This document shows, piece after piece, positions 1 to 9,843 of a stretch of 64,000 nt of DNA (within the stretch, counting starts at the first letter, position 1; each line of letters begins with the position of its first letter). Below the pieces are notes generated by a model. That model did not search any database and had not been told where the DNA came from. It saw only the letters and a list, made by a program, of their open reading frames with translations. The translations under genes and the position numbers were made by a program. Origin of the DNA: Thermoflexus hugenholtzii JAD2 (GTDB taxonomy: Bacteria > Chloroflexota > UBA11872 > UBA12225); assembly GCA_945865725.1 (NCBI GenBank), contig CAMBEO010000002.1, forward strand, positions 14,668 to 78,667, read 5' to 3'.

Positions 1-94
1 TCTCCGTCCGCAAACCCCCGGGGTCGGGCGGCAGCGAGGCGCCCTTCGCGCGCGCCGCCTCCCGCGGTCACGGGCGCGGCGCTTGTATCGCCAG

Positions 95-862
95 TCATGG
101 GGTTCCTTCCGGCGGCGCGAGACCCATGCGCCCGGCGAGGGCCGCGAGGGCGATCGCCACCTCCCGCTGGATCGTGAGGTCGTCGGTTTCGATCGTCACG
201 GCATCCAGCGCGGCGCGCAACGGTGCAGTGTCCCGGGTGCTGTCGAGGCCGTCGCGGTCGAGGATGGCGGCAAGCACCGCCGCCTCGTCCGCGTCGATCC
301 CCCGCGAACGCAGGTCGGCGACGCGCCGGCGTGCCCGCGTCGGGGCGGACGCGGTGACGTACAGCTTGAGCGTCGCCTCCGGGAGGACGACGGTCCCGAT
401 GTCGCGTCCGACCATGACGACGCGTCCCGTCGCGGCGAGGCGGCGCAGGTGCTCCGTGACGGCGGCGCGCACGCCCGGGAGGGCGGAGGGGCGGGAGACC
501 GCGGCGTCGACCGCGGGTGATCGCAGGTCCCAGGTCACGTCGCGACCGGCGATCGTCACCGTGAACTGGCGTCCGTCGCGACACGTCGGCGGCGCGACGT
601 CCAGGTCCATGGCCGCGGCGCGGGGTGCGAGGGTCGCGTCGTCGTGCAGGTCGAGGCCTGCCGCGAGGGCGTCCCACGTGACGGCACGGTAGGCGATGCC
701 GCTGTCGACGTACGTCGCGTCGATTTCCGCGGCGAGGGCGGCGCCAAGGACCGACTTGCCGGCGCCGGCGGGGCCATCGAGCGCGATGGCGAACCGGGCA
801 GCGGCGAACCGGGGACCGGCAAGCCCGGCACCGGCGGCCAGGTCCCCGGTTACTGGCGCCAT
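95..862 (-). CDS. cmk: cytidylate kinase
   Basis: 255-aa ORF with P-loop IALDGPAGAGKS, DSGIAYRA and VVMVGRDIGTVVLP motifs typical of CMP kinase; overlaps the end of the upstream rluB-like gene by 13 nt. Confidence 0.9.
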   Translation of the reverse strand: MAPVTGDLAAGAGLAGPRFAAARFAIALDGPAGAGKSVLGAALAAEIDATYVDSGIAYRAVTWDALAAGLDLHDDATLAPRAAAMDLDVAPPTCRDGRQFTVTIAGRDVTWDLRSPAVDAAVSRPSALPGVRAAVTEHLRRLAATGRVVMVGRDIGTVVLPEATLKLYVTASAPTRARRRVADLRSRGIDADEAAVLAAILDRDGLDSTRDTAPLRAALDAVTIETDDLTIQREVAIALAALAGRMGLAPPEGTP

Positions 863-1830
863 GGCGGGGAGGCGGCCTGGCGTCGTGCGGGGCGAGCGGG
901 GGCGGTCACGGGCGCACCGGTCAGTGCGCGGCCCGCCCTACCGTTCACGCTCGCCTCGGCCGACCGGCGCGTGGCACCGCGAATCGAGGCCGGCGGAGCG
1001 ACGCGAGGTTGGCGCGCGATCGACGCCACCTCCGGCTCGGTCAGGTTGCGCCACTCCCCGGGGGCGAGGGACCCGAGGGCGACGCCCCCGACGCGCACGC
1101 GGACCAGGCGGATGACCTCGAGACCGACGAGGGCGCACATGCGTCGGACCTGGCGGTGACGCCCCTCGTGCAGGGTCACGCGCAGGTGGCCTCGCTGCCG
1201 ACTGGCGAAGAGGACGTCGACGCGAGAACCCGTGGTGCGGTCGTCCGGCCCGATCACCATCGGCCCGCGCATCGTGGCGACGGCTTCCGGGGTGACGTGC
1301 CCGGTGACGTCGACGTCGTATTCCTTCTGGCATCCGTAGCGCGGGTGCGCGGCCCGCTGCGCCCAGTTGCCGTCGGTGGTGAACAGGATGAGGCCCTCCG
1401 AGTCGGCGTCGAGGCGGCCGACCGGAAACAGACCGGGGACCGGCGGGACGAGTTGCATCACCGTCGGGCGCCCGCCGGGGTCGTCGGCAGTTGCGAGATA
1501 CCCGGTCGGCTTGTTGAGGGCGAGGTAGCGGGCGGCCACGGGCGTCGGGAGGGGGCGCCCGTCCACGGTGACGCGGTGGCGCGCCGTGTCGACGCGGGTG
1601 CCGAGCTCGCGTACGACCGTGCCATCGACGGCAACGCGACCTGCCCGGATCAAGTCCTCGGCGTCACGGCGGGAGGCGACGCCGGCCCGGGCGAGGACGA
1701 GCTGGAGGCGTGGCGGCGCGGACTCTCCCGCGGGATCCGGCGCGTTGCCTGGCCCGCGGGCCGGGCGGTTCGTGGGGGTGCCATCAGGGCCGGGGCGCGG
1801 TTTCCGTTTGGGGATCGGGGTACCGCGCAT
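850..1830 (-). CDS. rluB: RluB/RsuA-family rRNA pseudouridine synthase
   Basis: S4 domain LQLVLARAGVASRRDAEDLIRAGRVAVDG and catalytic GRLDADSEGLILFTTDG. ATG at 1830 is preceded by GAGG; the ORF stays open to 1944 only by reading into the repeat cluster. Confidence 0.85.
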   Translation of the reverse strand: MRGTPIPKRKPRPGPDGTPTNRPARGPGNAPDPAGESAPPRLQLVLARAGVASRRDAEDLIRAGRVAVDGTVVRELGTRVDTARHRVTVDGRPLPTPVAARYLALNKPTGYLATADDPGGRPTVMQLVPPVPGLFPVGRLDADSEGLILFTTDGNWAQRAAHPRYGCQKEYDVDVTGHVTPEAVATMRGPMVIGPDDRTTGSRVDVLFASRQRGHLRVTLHEGRHRQVRRMCALVGLEVIRLVRVRVGGVALGSLAPGEWRNLTEPEVASIARQPRVAPPASIRGATRRSAEASVNGRAGRALTGAPVTAPARPARRQAASPPWRQ

Positions 1831-1916
1831 CGTTCGACCTCGGCCGGGCAGACCGGCGACACGCCGGAGCGGGTTCGCGGACGCATGGCGCCGGCCTGCA
1901 AGGAGTATAGGCGGGA

Positions 1917-2096
1917 GTGGTGCTTCCCTCTCCTTCGCCGCCAAGCACAGTGGGGCGCTTGCGGCAGATGGAAGGGGATGCCGGCAGGACCCCCACCCTC
2001 AGTCCCTCCCCCGCTGCGGCGGGAGAGGGAAGCACCACTGGGGGGACCCCCACCCTCAGTCCCTCCCCCGCTGCGGCGGGAGAGGGAAGCACCACC
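1917..2096. repeat. palindromic-repeat cluster: module B (reverse) + 2 tandem module A
   Basis: 1917-1976 is the reverse complement of CCCCTTCCATCTGCCGCAAGCGCCCC...GGAGAGGGAAGCACCAC. 1989-2038 and 2045-2096 are two copies of GACCCCCACCCTCAGT-CCCTCCCCCGCTGCGGCGGGAGAGGGA-AGCACCAC (cores 2004-2030 and 2061-2087). Confidence 0.95.
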
Positions 2097-2168
2097 ATCG
2101 TCCTCCGCCGTTTACCATTCCGTGGAGTGCGCGAGACCCGGCCAGGTGATGGCCAAGCAGTCCAAGGA

Positions 2169-3272
2169 ATGTCCCGAGTGGCAGTAGAGACCGACACGAC
2201 GCGCCGTCCGCCGGCACCGTCAACATCCTCCCCAGTGCCGTCGGCGTGGGCGTCCGGGGCGCCGCTGGCCGGCACCCGGGTGGTCGTGTCGGCGCCGGGA
2301 AGGTGCGGCATCGTCGGCAACCCGACCGACATGTACGGCGGGAGCGTGATCTCGTGCTCGGTCCCGATGCGCGCGTGGGTGCGGGTCGAACCGGCGCACC
2401 ACCTGGTCCTCGAGGCCGACGACGGCGCGGTCCAGATCGCGACGCCGGCCGACCTCGCGCCGGCGGGGACGCACACCGACATCCTGCGGGCGGCGATCCG
2501 GCATCTCGACCTCGGGTCCCTTCGCGCCCACGTGAGTTGCTGGAGCGAGCTCCCGTTCGGTGCCGGAATGTCGGGATCCACCGCGATGATGGTCGCGGCG
2601 GTGCGCGCCCTGACGACGTTCATCGGGGAGGCGCACGGTGCGCACGACCTGGCGGAGTTGGCGCGCGATGCCGAGCTGCGGTCGCTGGGGGTCACGTGCG
2701 GCTTCCAGGACCACTACATGGCCACGTTCGGTGGCGTGAACGCGATGGACTTCCGCGACAAGGAGTTCGACCGCCCGCCGGACGCGATGGTGTACGCGAC
2801 GATCGAACCGCTGGGAGGGGCGCTGGGGCACTTGGCGCGCCTGCCGTTCGTGCTGGCGAACACCGGCGTGGCGCACCATTCCGGGGCGGTGCACCGGCCG
2901 ATCCGGGTGCGGTGGCTGGAGGGTGACCCGGAGGTTCGCGAGGCGTACGTGCGGATCGGCGAGATCGCGCGCGAGGGGAAGACCGCAATGCTTCGCGGCG
3001 CCTGGGAGCGCCTGGGCGCGCTCATGAACGAGAACCATGACATCCAGCGGCGCCTCGGCGGGTCCGGACCGTCGAACGAGGCGCTAATCAGCGCGGCCTT
3101 GGCGGCTGGTGCCTTCGGGGCGAAGCTGGCAGGCGCGGGGCAGGGCGGGACGATCATCGCCCTGCACCCGGACCCCGAAGCCCTCGGCGAGGCGTTGCTG
3201 GCCGCTGGCGCGCGACGCTTGTTTTCCCCGGTGCCGGTCGAGGGCGTGCGCTTCGAGCGCGCGGAACCCTGA
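2169..3272 (+). CDS. GHMP-family sugar kinase (glucuronokinase-like)
   Basis: Motifs GRCGIVGNPTDMYGG, PFGAGMSGSTA (GHMP motif), GFQDHYMATFGGVNAMDF and GAGQGGT. ATG 2169 is the first start downstream of the repeats; the ORF is open from 1917 only through repeat DNA. Confidence 0.75.
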   Translation: MSRVAVETDTTRRPPAPSTSSPVPSAWASGAPLAGTRVVVSAPGRCGIVGNPTDMYGGSVISCSVPMRAWVRVEPAHHLVLEADDGAVQIATPADLAPAGTHTDILRAAIRHLDLGSLRAHVSCWSELPFGAGMSGSTAMMVAAVRALTTFIGEAHGAHDLAELARDAELRSLGVTCGFQDHYMATFGGVNAMDFRDKEFDRPPDAMVYATIEPLGGALGHLARLPFVLANTGVAHHSGAVHRPIRVRWLEGDPEVREAYVRIGEIAREGKTAMLRGAWERLGALMNENHDIQRRLGGSGPSNEALISAALAAGAFGAKLAGAGQGGTIIALHPDPEALGEALLAAGARRLFSPVPVEGVRFERAEP

Positions 3273-3310
3273 GCAAGTCGGCCCGTACACTCGCGGCGGG
3301 CGGCCCAGAT

Positions 3311-3362
3311 CCATCCCTCCCCTCCCCCGCGCCAACGCCGGCGCTTGCGGCGGACGGGGGGG
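3311..3362. repeat. palindromic repeat, divergent module B (reverse)
   Basis: The reverse complement reads CCCCCCCGTCCGCCGCAAGCGCCGGCGTTGGCGCGGGGGAGGGGAGGG, which aligns to module B. It is preceded at 3273-3290 by GCAAGTCGGCCCGTACAC, related to the 19-nt tail GCAAGTCGGGCGCGTACCG seen at two other loci. Confidence 0.6.
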
Positions 3363-3380
3363 CACAAGGGGGAGCGTACG

Positions 3381-4256
3381 GTGCGCGATGCCTGGCGCCA
3401 CTTTCGGGCGGCGGTTGGGGAGTACTACTACGAGTTGCCGCGCATGGTCGCGGCAAGCCTCGCCTGGTTCGTCCCGTGCGTGCCCGCACTGTGGGTCGCG
3501 TTTCGCGCGTGGGTCTTCCTGAACGGTGACGAGGGGATCGACCCGTCCGTCGCGACGTTGTCCCCATTCGCGTTCGCGACGCAGGCGACCGTGTTCGGCC
3601 TGCTGTCGCTGGTGCTCGCTGGCCCGGCGACGGCCGGACTGCACGTGGCGATCATGCCGCTGGCCCGGGGCGAACTGTTCGAGATGGGGCGCTTCTGGCG
3701 GGGCGCGCGCCAGTTCTTCCGGCGCGCGTGGCTGCTGATGACCCTCGACGTCGTGGTCGGGGCGGTCCTGGCGCTGAACGTCTGGTTCTACTGGCAATCG
3801 GAGGTCACCGGGGTGTGGCTGCTTTCGGTCGCCTTCGGATATGCCTTCCTGGCGTGGGTCGCGATCCAGCCGTACCTCTTCCCGCTGCTGGTGGAACTCG
3901 ACCAAGGGATCTGGCTGGTCGTCCGCAACGCCGCGTTCATCGCCGTCGACAACTTCGGCCTCACCATCGGACTGATGTTGGTCAATGGAATCTTCATCGC
4001 GATCGCGGCGCCGCTTGGCGCGGTCCTCGTGCCCTTCGCGCTGCCGGCGATCCTCGCAAACGTCCATCTGCGGGCGGTCGTGACGTTGATCGACCGCTAC
4101 CGGGAACAGGGGCGGGTCCTGGCGCGTACGGGCGAGCCCGTGCCGGTGCCGACGATTGACCCGCCCGCGCCGAAAGCGGGTTCCGGGCGCGACAAGGCGG
4201 ACGCCCTCGGCCTCGGCGGTCGGCCGCGTCGCCTCCGCGATCGCGACCAGGCCTGA
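3381..4256 (+). CDS. integral membrane protein, DUF624/YesL-like
   Basis: Multi-pass hydrophobic ORF (YYYELPRMVAASLAWFVPCVPALWVAF..., FWRGARQFFRRAWLL...). GTG 3381 is preceded by AAGGGGGAG; it lies upstream of an ABC ATPase. Family assignment is by pattern only. Confidence 0.55.
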   Translation: MRDAWRHFRAAVGEYYYELPRMVAASLAWFVPCVPALWVAFRAWVFLNGDEGIDPSVATLSPFAFATQATVFGLLSLVLAGPATAGLHVAIMPLARGELFEMGRFWRGARQFFRRAWLLMTLDVVVGAVLALNVWFYWQSEVTGVWLLSVAFGYAFLAWVAIQPYLFPLLVELDQGIWLVVRNAAFIAVDNFGLTIGLMLVNGIFIAIAAPLGAVLVPFALPAILANVHLRAVVTLIDRYREQGRVLARTGEPVPVPTIDPPAPKAGSGRDKADALGLGGRPRRLRDRDQA

Positions 4257-4284
4257 CGCCGCCGCGCGGGGGATTGGTGACGCG

Positions 4285-5469
4285 ATGGCCTCGATCGACG
4301 TCGTAAACGCGCGCGTGACGATAGGCGGGCGCGACCTGCTTGCGGGCACGACGCTGCACGTCGCGGATGGCGAGGCGGTGGCGGTCCTTGGTCCGTCGGG
4401 GTGCGGCAAGACGACGCTGCTGCGCGCGATCGCGGGGCTGGTCCCGCTATCCGGGGGCGTGATCGCGTACGACCGGACCGATGCGGCGGACCTACAGCCG
4501 GGCGCACGCGGGGTCGGGATGGTCTTCCAGGACTACGCCCTCTATCCTCATATGCAATCCAAGGGGATCCTCGGCTTCTACTACCAGCTGCGCGGGCGCG
4601 ACGCCGAGGTTGGTGACCGGGTCAAGGGGGTCTGCGAGGTCATGGGCCCCGACTTCGAGGGCCTTCTCGAGAGGAAGCCGAAGGAGCTGTCGGGCGGGCA
4701 GCGGCAGCGGGTGGCGATCGGCCGGTGCATCATCCGGGAACCGCGGGTCTTCCTGTTCGACGAACCGCTTTCGGCCCTCGACGCGCGACTCCGCTCGCAG
4801 ACGCGGGTGGAGATCAAGCGCCTGTTGCGCCGCTTCGGGGTGACGGCCATTTACGTGAGCCACGACCAGGTCGAGGCGATGGCGATCGGCGACCGGATCG
4901 CGATCATGCGCGAGGGGCGGATCGAACAGGCGGGGCCGGCCCTTGAGGTGCACGCGCGCCCGCGGAACACCTTCGTGGCGACATTCCTCGGGACGCCCCC
5001 CATGAGCCTGGTGGCGGGGATCGTGCAGGACGGGGCCGTGCGCCTTGTCGGACCGGGTTCGGAACCGGACGCGGGGACGCCGGCGCCGTTGGCGGACCTC
5101 CTGCCCGAAGGCAAGCCGGAGGTGGCGCGCGTGCCCCTCGCGATCCGGCCCTCGCCGCCGATCGGGACGGCGGTCATCCTCGGGTGGCGGCCGGACGCGG
5201 TGCGGCTGGCCGGGGCTGGCGAGGCGTGCCTCGTGGCGCGGGTCATGGCGATCGAGCCAGTCGTGGCCGACCGACAGGTGGCGCTGACCTGCGCGACGGT
5301 GGTGTCGGGGCGCGACGGGGCGCCGGCAACGGTCTCGATCCGGGCACGTGCGAGGGCCGATGCGGGGGTCGCTACAGGGGACCGGGTGCGCCTCGCGTTC
5401 GACGCCGAGGCGACGCACGCCTTCGATGCGGCGGGGGAACGGCTGGTCGCGGTGCTATACTCGGCCTGA
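4285..5469 (+). CDS. ABC transporter ATP-binding protein (MalK/UgpC/MsmX-like)
   Basis: Walker A GPSGCGKTT, signature LSGGQRQRVAIGR, Walker B VFLFDEPLSALD and a C-terminal regulatory/TOBE-like extension; ATG at 4285 (MASIDVVNARV). Confidence 0.88.
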   Translation: MASIDVVNARVTIGGRDLLAGTTLHVADGEAVAVLGPSGCGKTTLLRAIAGLVPLSGGVIAYDRTDAADLQPGARGVGMVFQDYALYPHMQSKGILGFYYQLRGRDAEVGDRVKGVCEVMGPDFEGLLERKPKELSGGQRQRVAIGRCIIREPRVFLFDEPLSALDARLRSQTRVEIKRLLRRFGVTAIYVSHDQVEAMAIGDRIAIMREGRIEQAGPALEVHARPRNTFVATFLGTPPMSLVAGIVQDGAVRLVGPGSEPDAGTPAPLADLLPEGKPEVARVPLAIRPSPPIGTAVILGWRPDAVRLAGAGEACLVARVMAIEPVVADRQVALTCATVVSGRDGAPATVSIRARARADAGVATGDRVRLAFDAEATHAFDAAGERLVAVLYSA

Positions 5470-5507
5470 TTACACGTCCGCCGGAGCTGAACGCCAACGC
5501 TGGCCGG

Positions 5508-5536
5508 AAGCGGGGTTGCCCCGCTTTTCGTGTTTC
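5508..5536 (+). terminator. rho-independent terminator after the ABC ATPase gene
   Basis: AAGCGGGG-TTG-CCCCGCTT stem followed by TTCGTGTTTC, starting 39 nt after the stop codon. Confidence 0.75.
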
Positions 5537-5611
5537 TGGCGGGTGGCGCAAGCTACTGGCCCGGCGGGGACGGTCCCGCGGGGCATGCATCGCGGACAAC
5601 GGAGGGGTAAC

Positions 5612-6757
5612 GTGCGCAGCGACTTTGCCGCATCCCTCGCCCAGTTGACCGCCGAGAAGGGCCTGGGTCGCGACGACCTCATGGTCATGGTCGAGGCTGC
5701 CGTCGCCTCGGCGTACAAGAAGGACTTCGGGGTCCCCGAAGAGCGGAACATTGCGGTCCGCATGGACCCGCAGGCCGGGGCGGCGCGCGTCTTCGAGGTC
5801 TACCAGGTCGTCGATGTCGTCCGGGACGCCACGGCGGAGATGGCCCTCGAGCAGGCGCAGGCGATCCGGCCGACGGCGCGGATCGGGTCAACGGTCGAGA
5901 AGGACGTCACGCCGCCGAACTTCGGGCGCATCGGCGCCCAGACGGCGAAGCAAGTGATCGTCCAGAGGATCCGTGACGCCGAGCGGGACAAGGTCTACGC
6001 GGAGTTCATCGACCGCGAGGGCGACATCGTCTCGGGCGTGATCCGTCGGACCGACGCGCGCGGGTCCATCCTCGAGATGGGGTCGGGCGGGAAGGCCGAG
6101 GCGCTGCTGCCGGTCGTCGAGCAGGTGCGGAGCGAGCACCACCGGATGGGGCAGCGGATCCGGATCTACCTCCTCGAGGTGAACCGGGCGTTGAAGGGCC
6201 CGATGCTGATCGTCAGCCGTGGGCATCGCAACTTCGTGCGGCGCCTGATGGAACTCGAGGTGCCGGAAATCTACAACGGCATGGTCGAGATCAAGGCCAT
6301 CGCGCGCGAGGAGGGGGTGCGGTCAAAGGTCGCCGTCGCGGCCCGCAACTCCTCGATGGACCCGGTCGGCGCATGCGTCGGGCAGCGGGGCCAGCGCATC
6401 CAGAACGTCGTGAACGAGTTGAACGGCGAACGGATCGACATCATCCGGTGGGACGAGGATCCGACGAAGTTCGTCTCGAGCGCGCTCAGCCCGGCCCGGG
6501 TGAACGAGGTTCGCGTTGACGAGGCGACCCGCACTGCAAAGGTCATCGTGCCCGACAACCAGCTGTCCTTGGCGATCGGCAAGGAGGGGTTGAACGCCCG
6601 CTTGGCCGCCAAGTTGACCGGGTGGAGGATCGACATCCGAGGCGACGGGTCGTCGGTGGTCGAGGAGGGCACGCCGGAGACGTACTTGGCGGTCTCCGAG
6701 ACGGATGACCCGGCCGCGGCGGCGGATGGGGGCGAGGCGGTCGCACCGGGCGCGTAG
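5612..6757 (+). CDS. nusA: transcription termination/antitermination factor NusA
   Basis: N-terminal domain (LAQLTAEKGLGRDDLMVMVEAAVASAYKK), S1 and two KH regions (VGACVGQRGQRIQNVVNELNGERIDII, LSLAIGKEGLNARLAAKLTGWRIDI). GTG 5612 is preceded by GGAGGGG. Confidence 0.95.
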   Translation: MRSDFAASLAQLTAEKGLGRDDLMVMVEAAVASAYKKDFGVPEERNIAVRMDPQAGAARVFEVYQVVDVVRDATAEMALEQAQAIRPTARIGSTVEKDVTPPNFGRIGAQTAKQVIVQRIRDAERDKVYAEFIDREGDIVSGVIRRTDARGSILEMGSGGKAEALLPVVEQVRSEHHRMGQRIRIYLLEVNRALKGPMLIVSRGHRNFVRRLMELEVPEIYNGMVEIKAIAREEGVRSKVAVAARNSSMDPVGACVGQRGQRIQNVVNELNGERIDIIRWDEDPTKFVSSALSPARVNEVRVDEATRTAKVIVPDNQLSLAIGKEGLNARLAAKLTGWRIDIRGDGSSVVEEGTPETYLAVSETDDPAAAADGGEAVAPGA

Positions 6758-6802
6758 CCCGGCCGGTGCCGGCAGGATACGGACCGGGAGTAGGATTTCT
6801 TG

Positions 6803-7243
6803 ATGGCTGGAAGCGACGCGCCCATTGGCGGGGAATCGCCGGCGACGTCGCAGGCCCGTGGTAGGCGACCGTCGGGTCGCGGGCGAGACAAGACGGCGCC
6901 GCGCCCGCGGCGAGTTCCGGAGCGCACCTGCATCGCGTGCCGGCAAGTGGCGGGCAAGCGCGCCCTCGTGAGGGTCGTGCGGACGACCTTGGGTGGGGTA
7001 GAGGTGGATCTGACCGGCCGGAAGAACGGCCGGGGCGCGTACCTGCATGCCGATACGGCGTGCTGGGACCTCGCGTTACGCCGCAACGCCCTGAACGTCG
7101 CGCTCAAGGTCGTCGTCGGAAACGAGGACCTCGCGGCGATCCGGGCATACCGTGACCAGATTGCAGGGGCGGGCGTGGAAGCGACGCCGGCCGACTCGAG
7201 TTCCCAGGGCAACGAGCGCGCCGACACCCCGGCGACCACGTAA
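6803..7243 (+). CDS. ylxR: YlxR/RnpM-family (DUF448) RNA-binding protein
   Basis: [21 protein letters not shown]...[13 protein letters not shown] motif; canonical position between nusA and infB. Confidence 0.85.
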   Translation: MAGSDAPIGGESPATSQARGRRPSGRGRDKTAPRPRRVPERTCIACRQVAGKRALVRVVRTTLGGVEVDLTGRKNGRGAYLHADTACWDLALRRNALNVALKVVVGNEDLAAIRAYRDQIAGAGVEATPADSSSQGNERADTPATT

Positions 7244-7262
7244 AGACAGGAAAGCGTCGACG

Positions 7263-9152
7263 ATGAGCAGGTTCCGAGGTGGTGGCGCGCGTCCGCGGCC
7301 GCGTCCAGGGGGATCCCGTGGCGGGCGCCCCGGTCGTGGCCGGCCAGGCGCCCCGAGCGGCGCCTTTGGCCCGCGTGACGCGGCGGTAGCTTCCGGACCG
7401 AAGGTCGCGGCCTTGCCGCCGACCATCTCGGTCATGGGGCTGGCCACCGCCCTCAACGTGCCCCCGGCGCAAGTCATCAAGGCCCTGCTGCAGAAGGGCG
7501 TCTCGTCGACGATCAACAACCTCCTCGAGTACGACGCAAGCAGCGCGATCGCGGAGGCGTTGGGGTTCACCGTCTCGCCCGAAGGCGAGGCGGGACCGGA
7601 CCTGTTGGCGGCGGCGAAGCCCGTGCTGACCGACCATTTCGGCGCGGAGGGTGAGCTCGTCTCGCGCCCGCCGGTGGTCACGATCATGGGCCACGTCGAC
7701 CACGGCAAGACCTCCCTGCTCGACGCCCTGCGCGAGACGCGCGTGGCCGAGGGCGAGGCCGGGGGCATCACGCAACACATCGGCGCGTACCAGGTCGAGA
7801 AGGACGGGCGCCTGATCACGTTCATCGACACGCCGGGCCACGCCGCGTTTACCGCGATGCGCGCCCGCGGGGCACGCGTCACCGACATCGCCATCATCGT
7901 CGTCGCCGCCGATGACGGGGTGATGCCGCAGACGATCGAGTCGATCCAGCACGCGCGGGCGGCGCAGGTGCCGTTCATCATCGCGATCAACAAGATCGAC
8001 CGGCCGAACGCGCGCCCCGACCGGGTGCGGCAGATGCTTGCGGACAACGGGGTCCTCGTGGCGGGATGGGGTGGCGAAGTCGAGGCGGTCGAGGTCTCGG
8101 CGCTGCAGCGGCTGGGGCTCGAGGACGTCCTTGAGATGATCCTGCTCGTCACCGACGTGACGGAACCGACCGCCGACCCTGAGGCGAGTGCCTCGGGCAC
8201 GGTCATTGAGGCGCGTGTCGACCGTAGCCGCGGCTCGGTCTCGACGATCCTCGTCCAGAACGGCACGTTGCGCGTCGGCGACTGGGTCCTGGTTGGCAAG
8301 ACCGGCGGTCGCGTGCGGGCGATGACCGACTACCGCGGGCAGCGCCTGAAGGTAGCCGGCCCTTCCACGCCGGCTGAGATCACGGGGCTTGACGAGGTCC
8401 CGGTGGCCGGCGAGCGGTTCGTGGTGATGCCGGACGAGGCGTCACTGCGCGCGGCGCTCAAGGAGCGGCGCGACGCGGAGCCCGACCCGAAGGACCGGCG
8501 CCTGTCCCTCGACGAGATCCTCGCGGGCATCTCGCTGGGCGAGGTCAAGGAACTCAACATCATCCTGAAGGCGGACGTCCAGGGAAGTGTCGAGGCCATC
8601 CGGGGCGCCCTCGAGAAGCTGGGCCAAAGCGTCCAGGGGACCACCTTGAGGGTCCTGTACGACGCGGTCGGTGCGCCGACCGACACGGACGTCAACCTCG
8701 CCGTCGCGTCCAAGGCGATCATCGTGGCATTCAATGTCCGCGCACCGTCGAACGTCGTCACGTTCGCGGATGGGCAGGGCGTCGAGATCCGGAACTACCA
8801 GATCATCTACAACCTCCTCGACGAACTGGAGACGGCTCTTCGCGGCCTGATCGAGCCGACGTTCCGCGAAGTGGTCTACGGCCATGGCGAGGTACGCGCG
8901 GTGTTCCGCAGCGGTCGAGGCGAGTCGATCGTCGGTGCCCACGTCCGCGACGGGGTCATCCGTCGCGGGGGGAACGCACGCGTCGTCCGCGGTGGCGAGG
9001 TCGTCTACACGACGCGCATCTCATCCCTGCGTCGCTTCAAGGAAGACGTCCGCGAGGTTGCCGCCGGGTACGAATGCGGTTTGGGCCTCGAGAACTGCCC
9101 CGACCCGCGCGTCGGGGACGTCGTGGAGATCTTCGGGCGCGAGCGCGCCTAG
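7263..9152 (+). CDS. infB: translation initiation factor IF-2
   Basis: G domain [20 protein letters not shown] and NKID, with conserved C-terminal domains and an Arg/Gly/Pro-rich N-terminus; ATG at 7263. Confidence 0.96.
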   Translation: MSRFRGGGARPRPRPGGSRGGRPGRGRPGAPSGAFGPRDAAVASGPKVAALPPTISVMGLATALNVPPAQVIKALLQKGVSSTINNLLEYDASSAIAEALGFTVSPEGEAGPDLLAAAKPVLTDHFGAEGELVSRPPVVTIMGHVDHGKTSLLDALRETRVAEGEAGGITQHIGAYQVEKDGRLITFIDTPGHAAFTAMRARGARVTDIAIIVVAADDGVMPQTIESIQHARAAQVPFIIAINKIDRPNARPDRVRQMLADNGVLVAGWGGEVEAVEVSALQRLGLEDVLEMILLVTDVTEPTADPEASASGTVIEARVDRSRGSVSTILVQNGTLRVGDWVLVGKTGGRVRAMTDYRGQRLKVAGPSTPAEITGLDEVPVAGERFVVMPDEASLRAALKERRDAEPDPKDRRLSLDEILAGISLGEVKELNIILKADVQGSVEAIRGALEKLGQSVQGTTLRVLYDAVGAPTDTDVNLAVASKAIIVAFNVRAPSNVVTFADGQGVEIRNYQIIYNLLDELETALRGLIEPTFREVVYGHGEVRAVFRSGRGESIVGAHVRDGVIRRGGNARVVRGGEVVYTTRISSLRRFKEDVREVAAGYECGLGLENCPDPRVGDVVEIFGRERA

Positions 9153-9166
9153 CCCTAAGGCCCCGT

Positions 9167-9219
9167 GCGAGGCGCGTCATCACCGGCCCGAAAGCCGGTA
9201 TCGAGATGACGCGCCTCGC
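9167..9219 (+). other. long two-tier stem-loop between infB and rbfA
   Basis: GCGAGGCGCGTCATC (9167-9181) pairs perfectly with GATGACGCGCCTCGC (9205-9219), enclosing ACCGGC-CCGAAA-GCCGGT. No U-tract follows; rbfA starts 21 nt later. Confidence 0.7.
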
Positions 9220-9239
9220 GCCCGTCACGGAGACTTGCG

Positions 9240-9770
9240 ATGCCTGACCCGCGTCGGCGCGAGCGCCTCGCGTCGCTGATCGAGCAAATCTTGAGCCAGG
9301 TGGTGGCGCGGGAGTTGCGCGATCCCGGCATCGCGGAGATCATCTCGATCACCCGCGTCGAGCTGGCCGCTGACGTGAGCGTGGCGCGCGTCCACGTGTC
9401 GGTGATGGGGGACGAGGACGCTCGCACGGCGACGATGCGCGCCCTTGAGCGGGCAGGCGGCTACGTGCGCCGTCGCCTCGCGAGTGAGCTCTCAATCCGG
9501 CAGGTCCCCGAGCTGATCTGGGCGCTCGACCGGAGCATCGAACGGGGCGACCGCGTGATCGCCCTGTTGAACTCGCTGGTCATCCCCCCGGCGCCCCCGG
9601 AAGACGAGCCCCCAACTGCCGGAGTAGCGACGGACGACGGGGACGAGGACGCCCCCGCCGAGGTCCGGGACGATGGCGACGGCGCCGCCTCGGGCGACAC
9701 CAGTGGACGGCGGCGCATCCGGCTCGTCCTGCCGCGCCTGCTACCCGTTCGGCGTCCGCGCGCCCGATAG
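9240..9770 (+). CDS. rbfA: ribosome-binding factor A
   Basis: RRERLASLIEQILSQVVARELRDPGIAEIISITRVELAADVSVARVHVSV and IRQVPELIWALD; carries an acidic/Pro-rich C-terminal tail. Confidence 0.9.
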   Translation: MPDPRRRERLASLIEQILSQVVARELRDPGIAEIISITRVELAADVSVARVHVSVMGDEDARTATMRALERAGGYVRRRLASELSIRQVPELIWALDRSIERGDRVIALLNSLVIPPAPPEDEPPTAGVATDDGDEDAPAEVRDDGDGAASGDTSGRRRIRLVLPRLLPVRRPRAR

Positions 9771-9774
9771 GTAC

Positions 9775-9843
9775 GCCCCCACCCCGCCGTCCTGACCCGC
9801 TCCCCGCGCCGCGAAGGGGGCCGAGTACTCGGATGACGAAGGG
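9775..9843. repeat. degenerate palindromic repeat (module C-like, reverse)
   Basis: Fills the gap between the convergent rbfA and ribF stops. It contains the CGAGTACTCG palindrome (9822-9831) followed by GATGACGAAGGG, which is the reverse of the CNTCGTNATC part of module C, plus a CCCCCACCCC end. Confidence 0.5.

Noticed and set aside
1917-2168. The recurring [12 protein letters not shown]-like peptide considered as a genuine shared N-terminal protein domain or signal.
   Set aside because: The same DNA occurs in clearly non-coding gaps, in both orientations and in different frames relative to the downstream genes. Conserved protein similarity begins only after downstream start codons.
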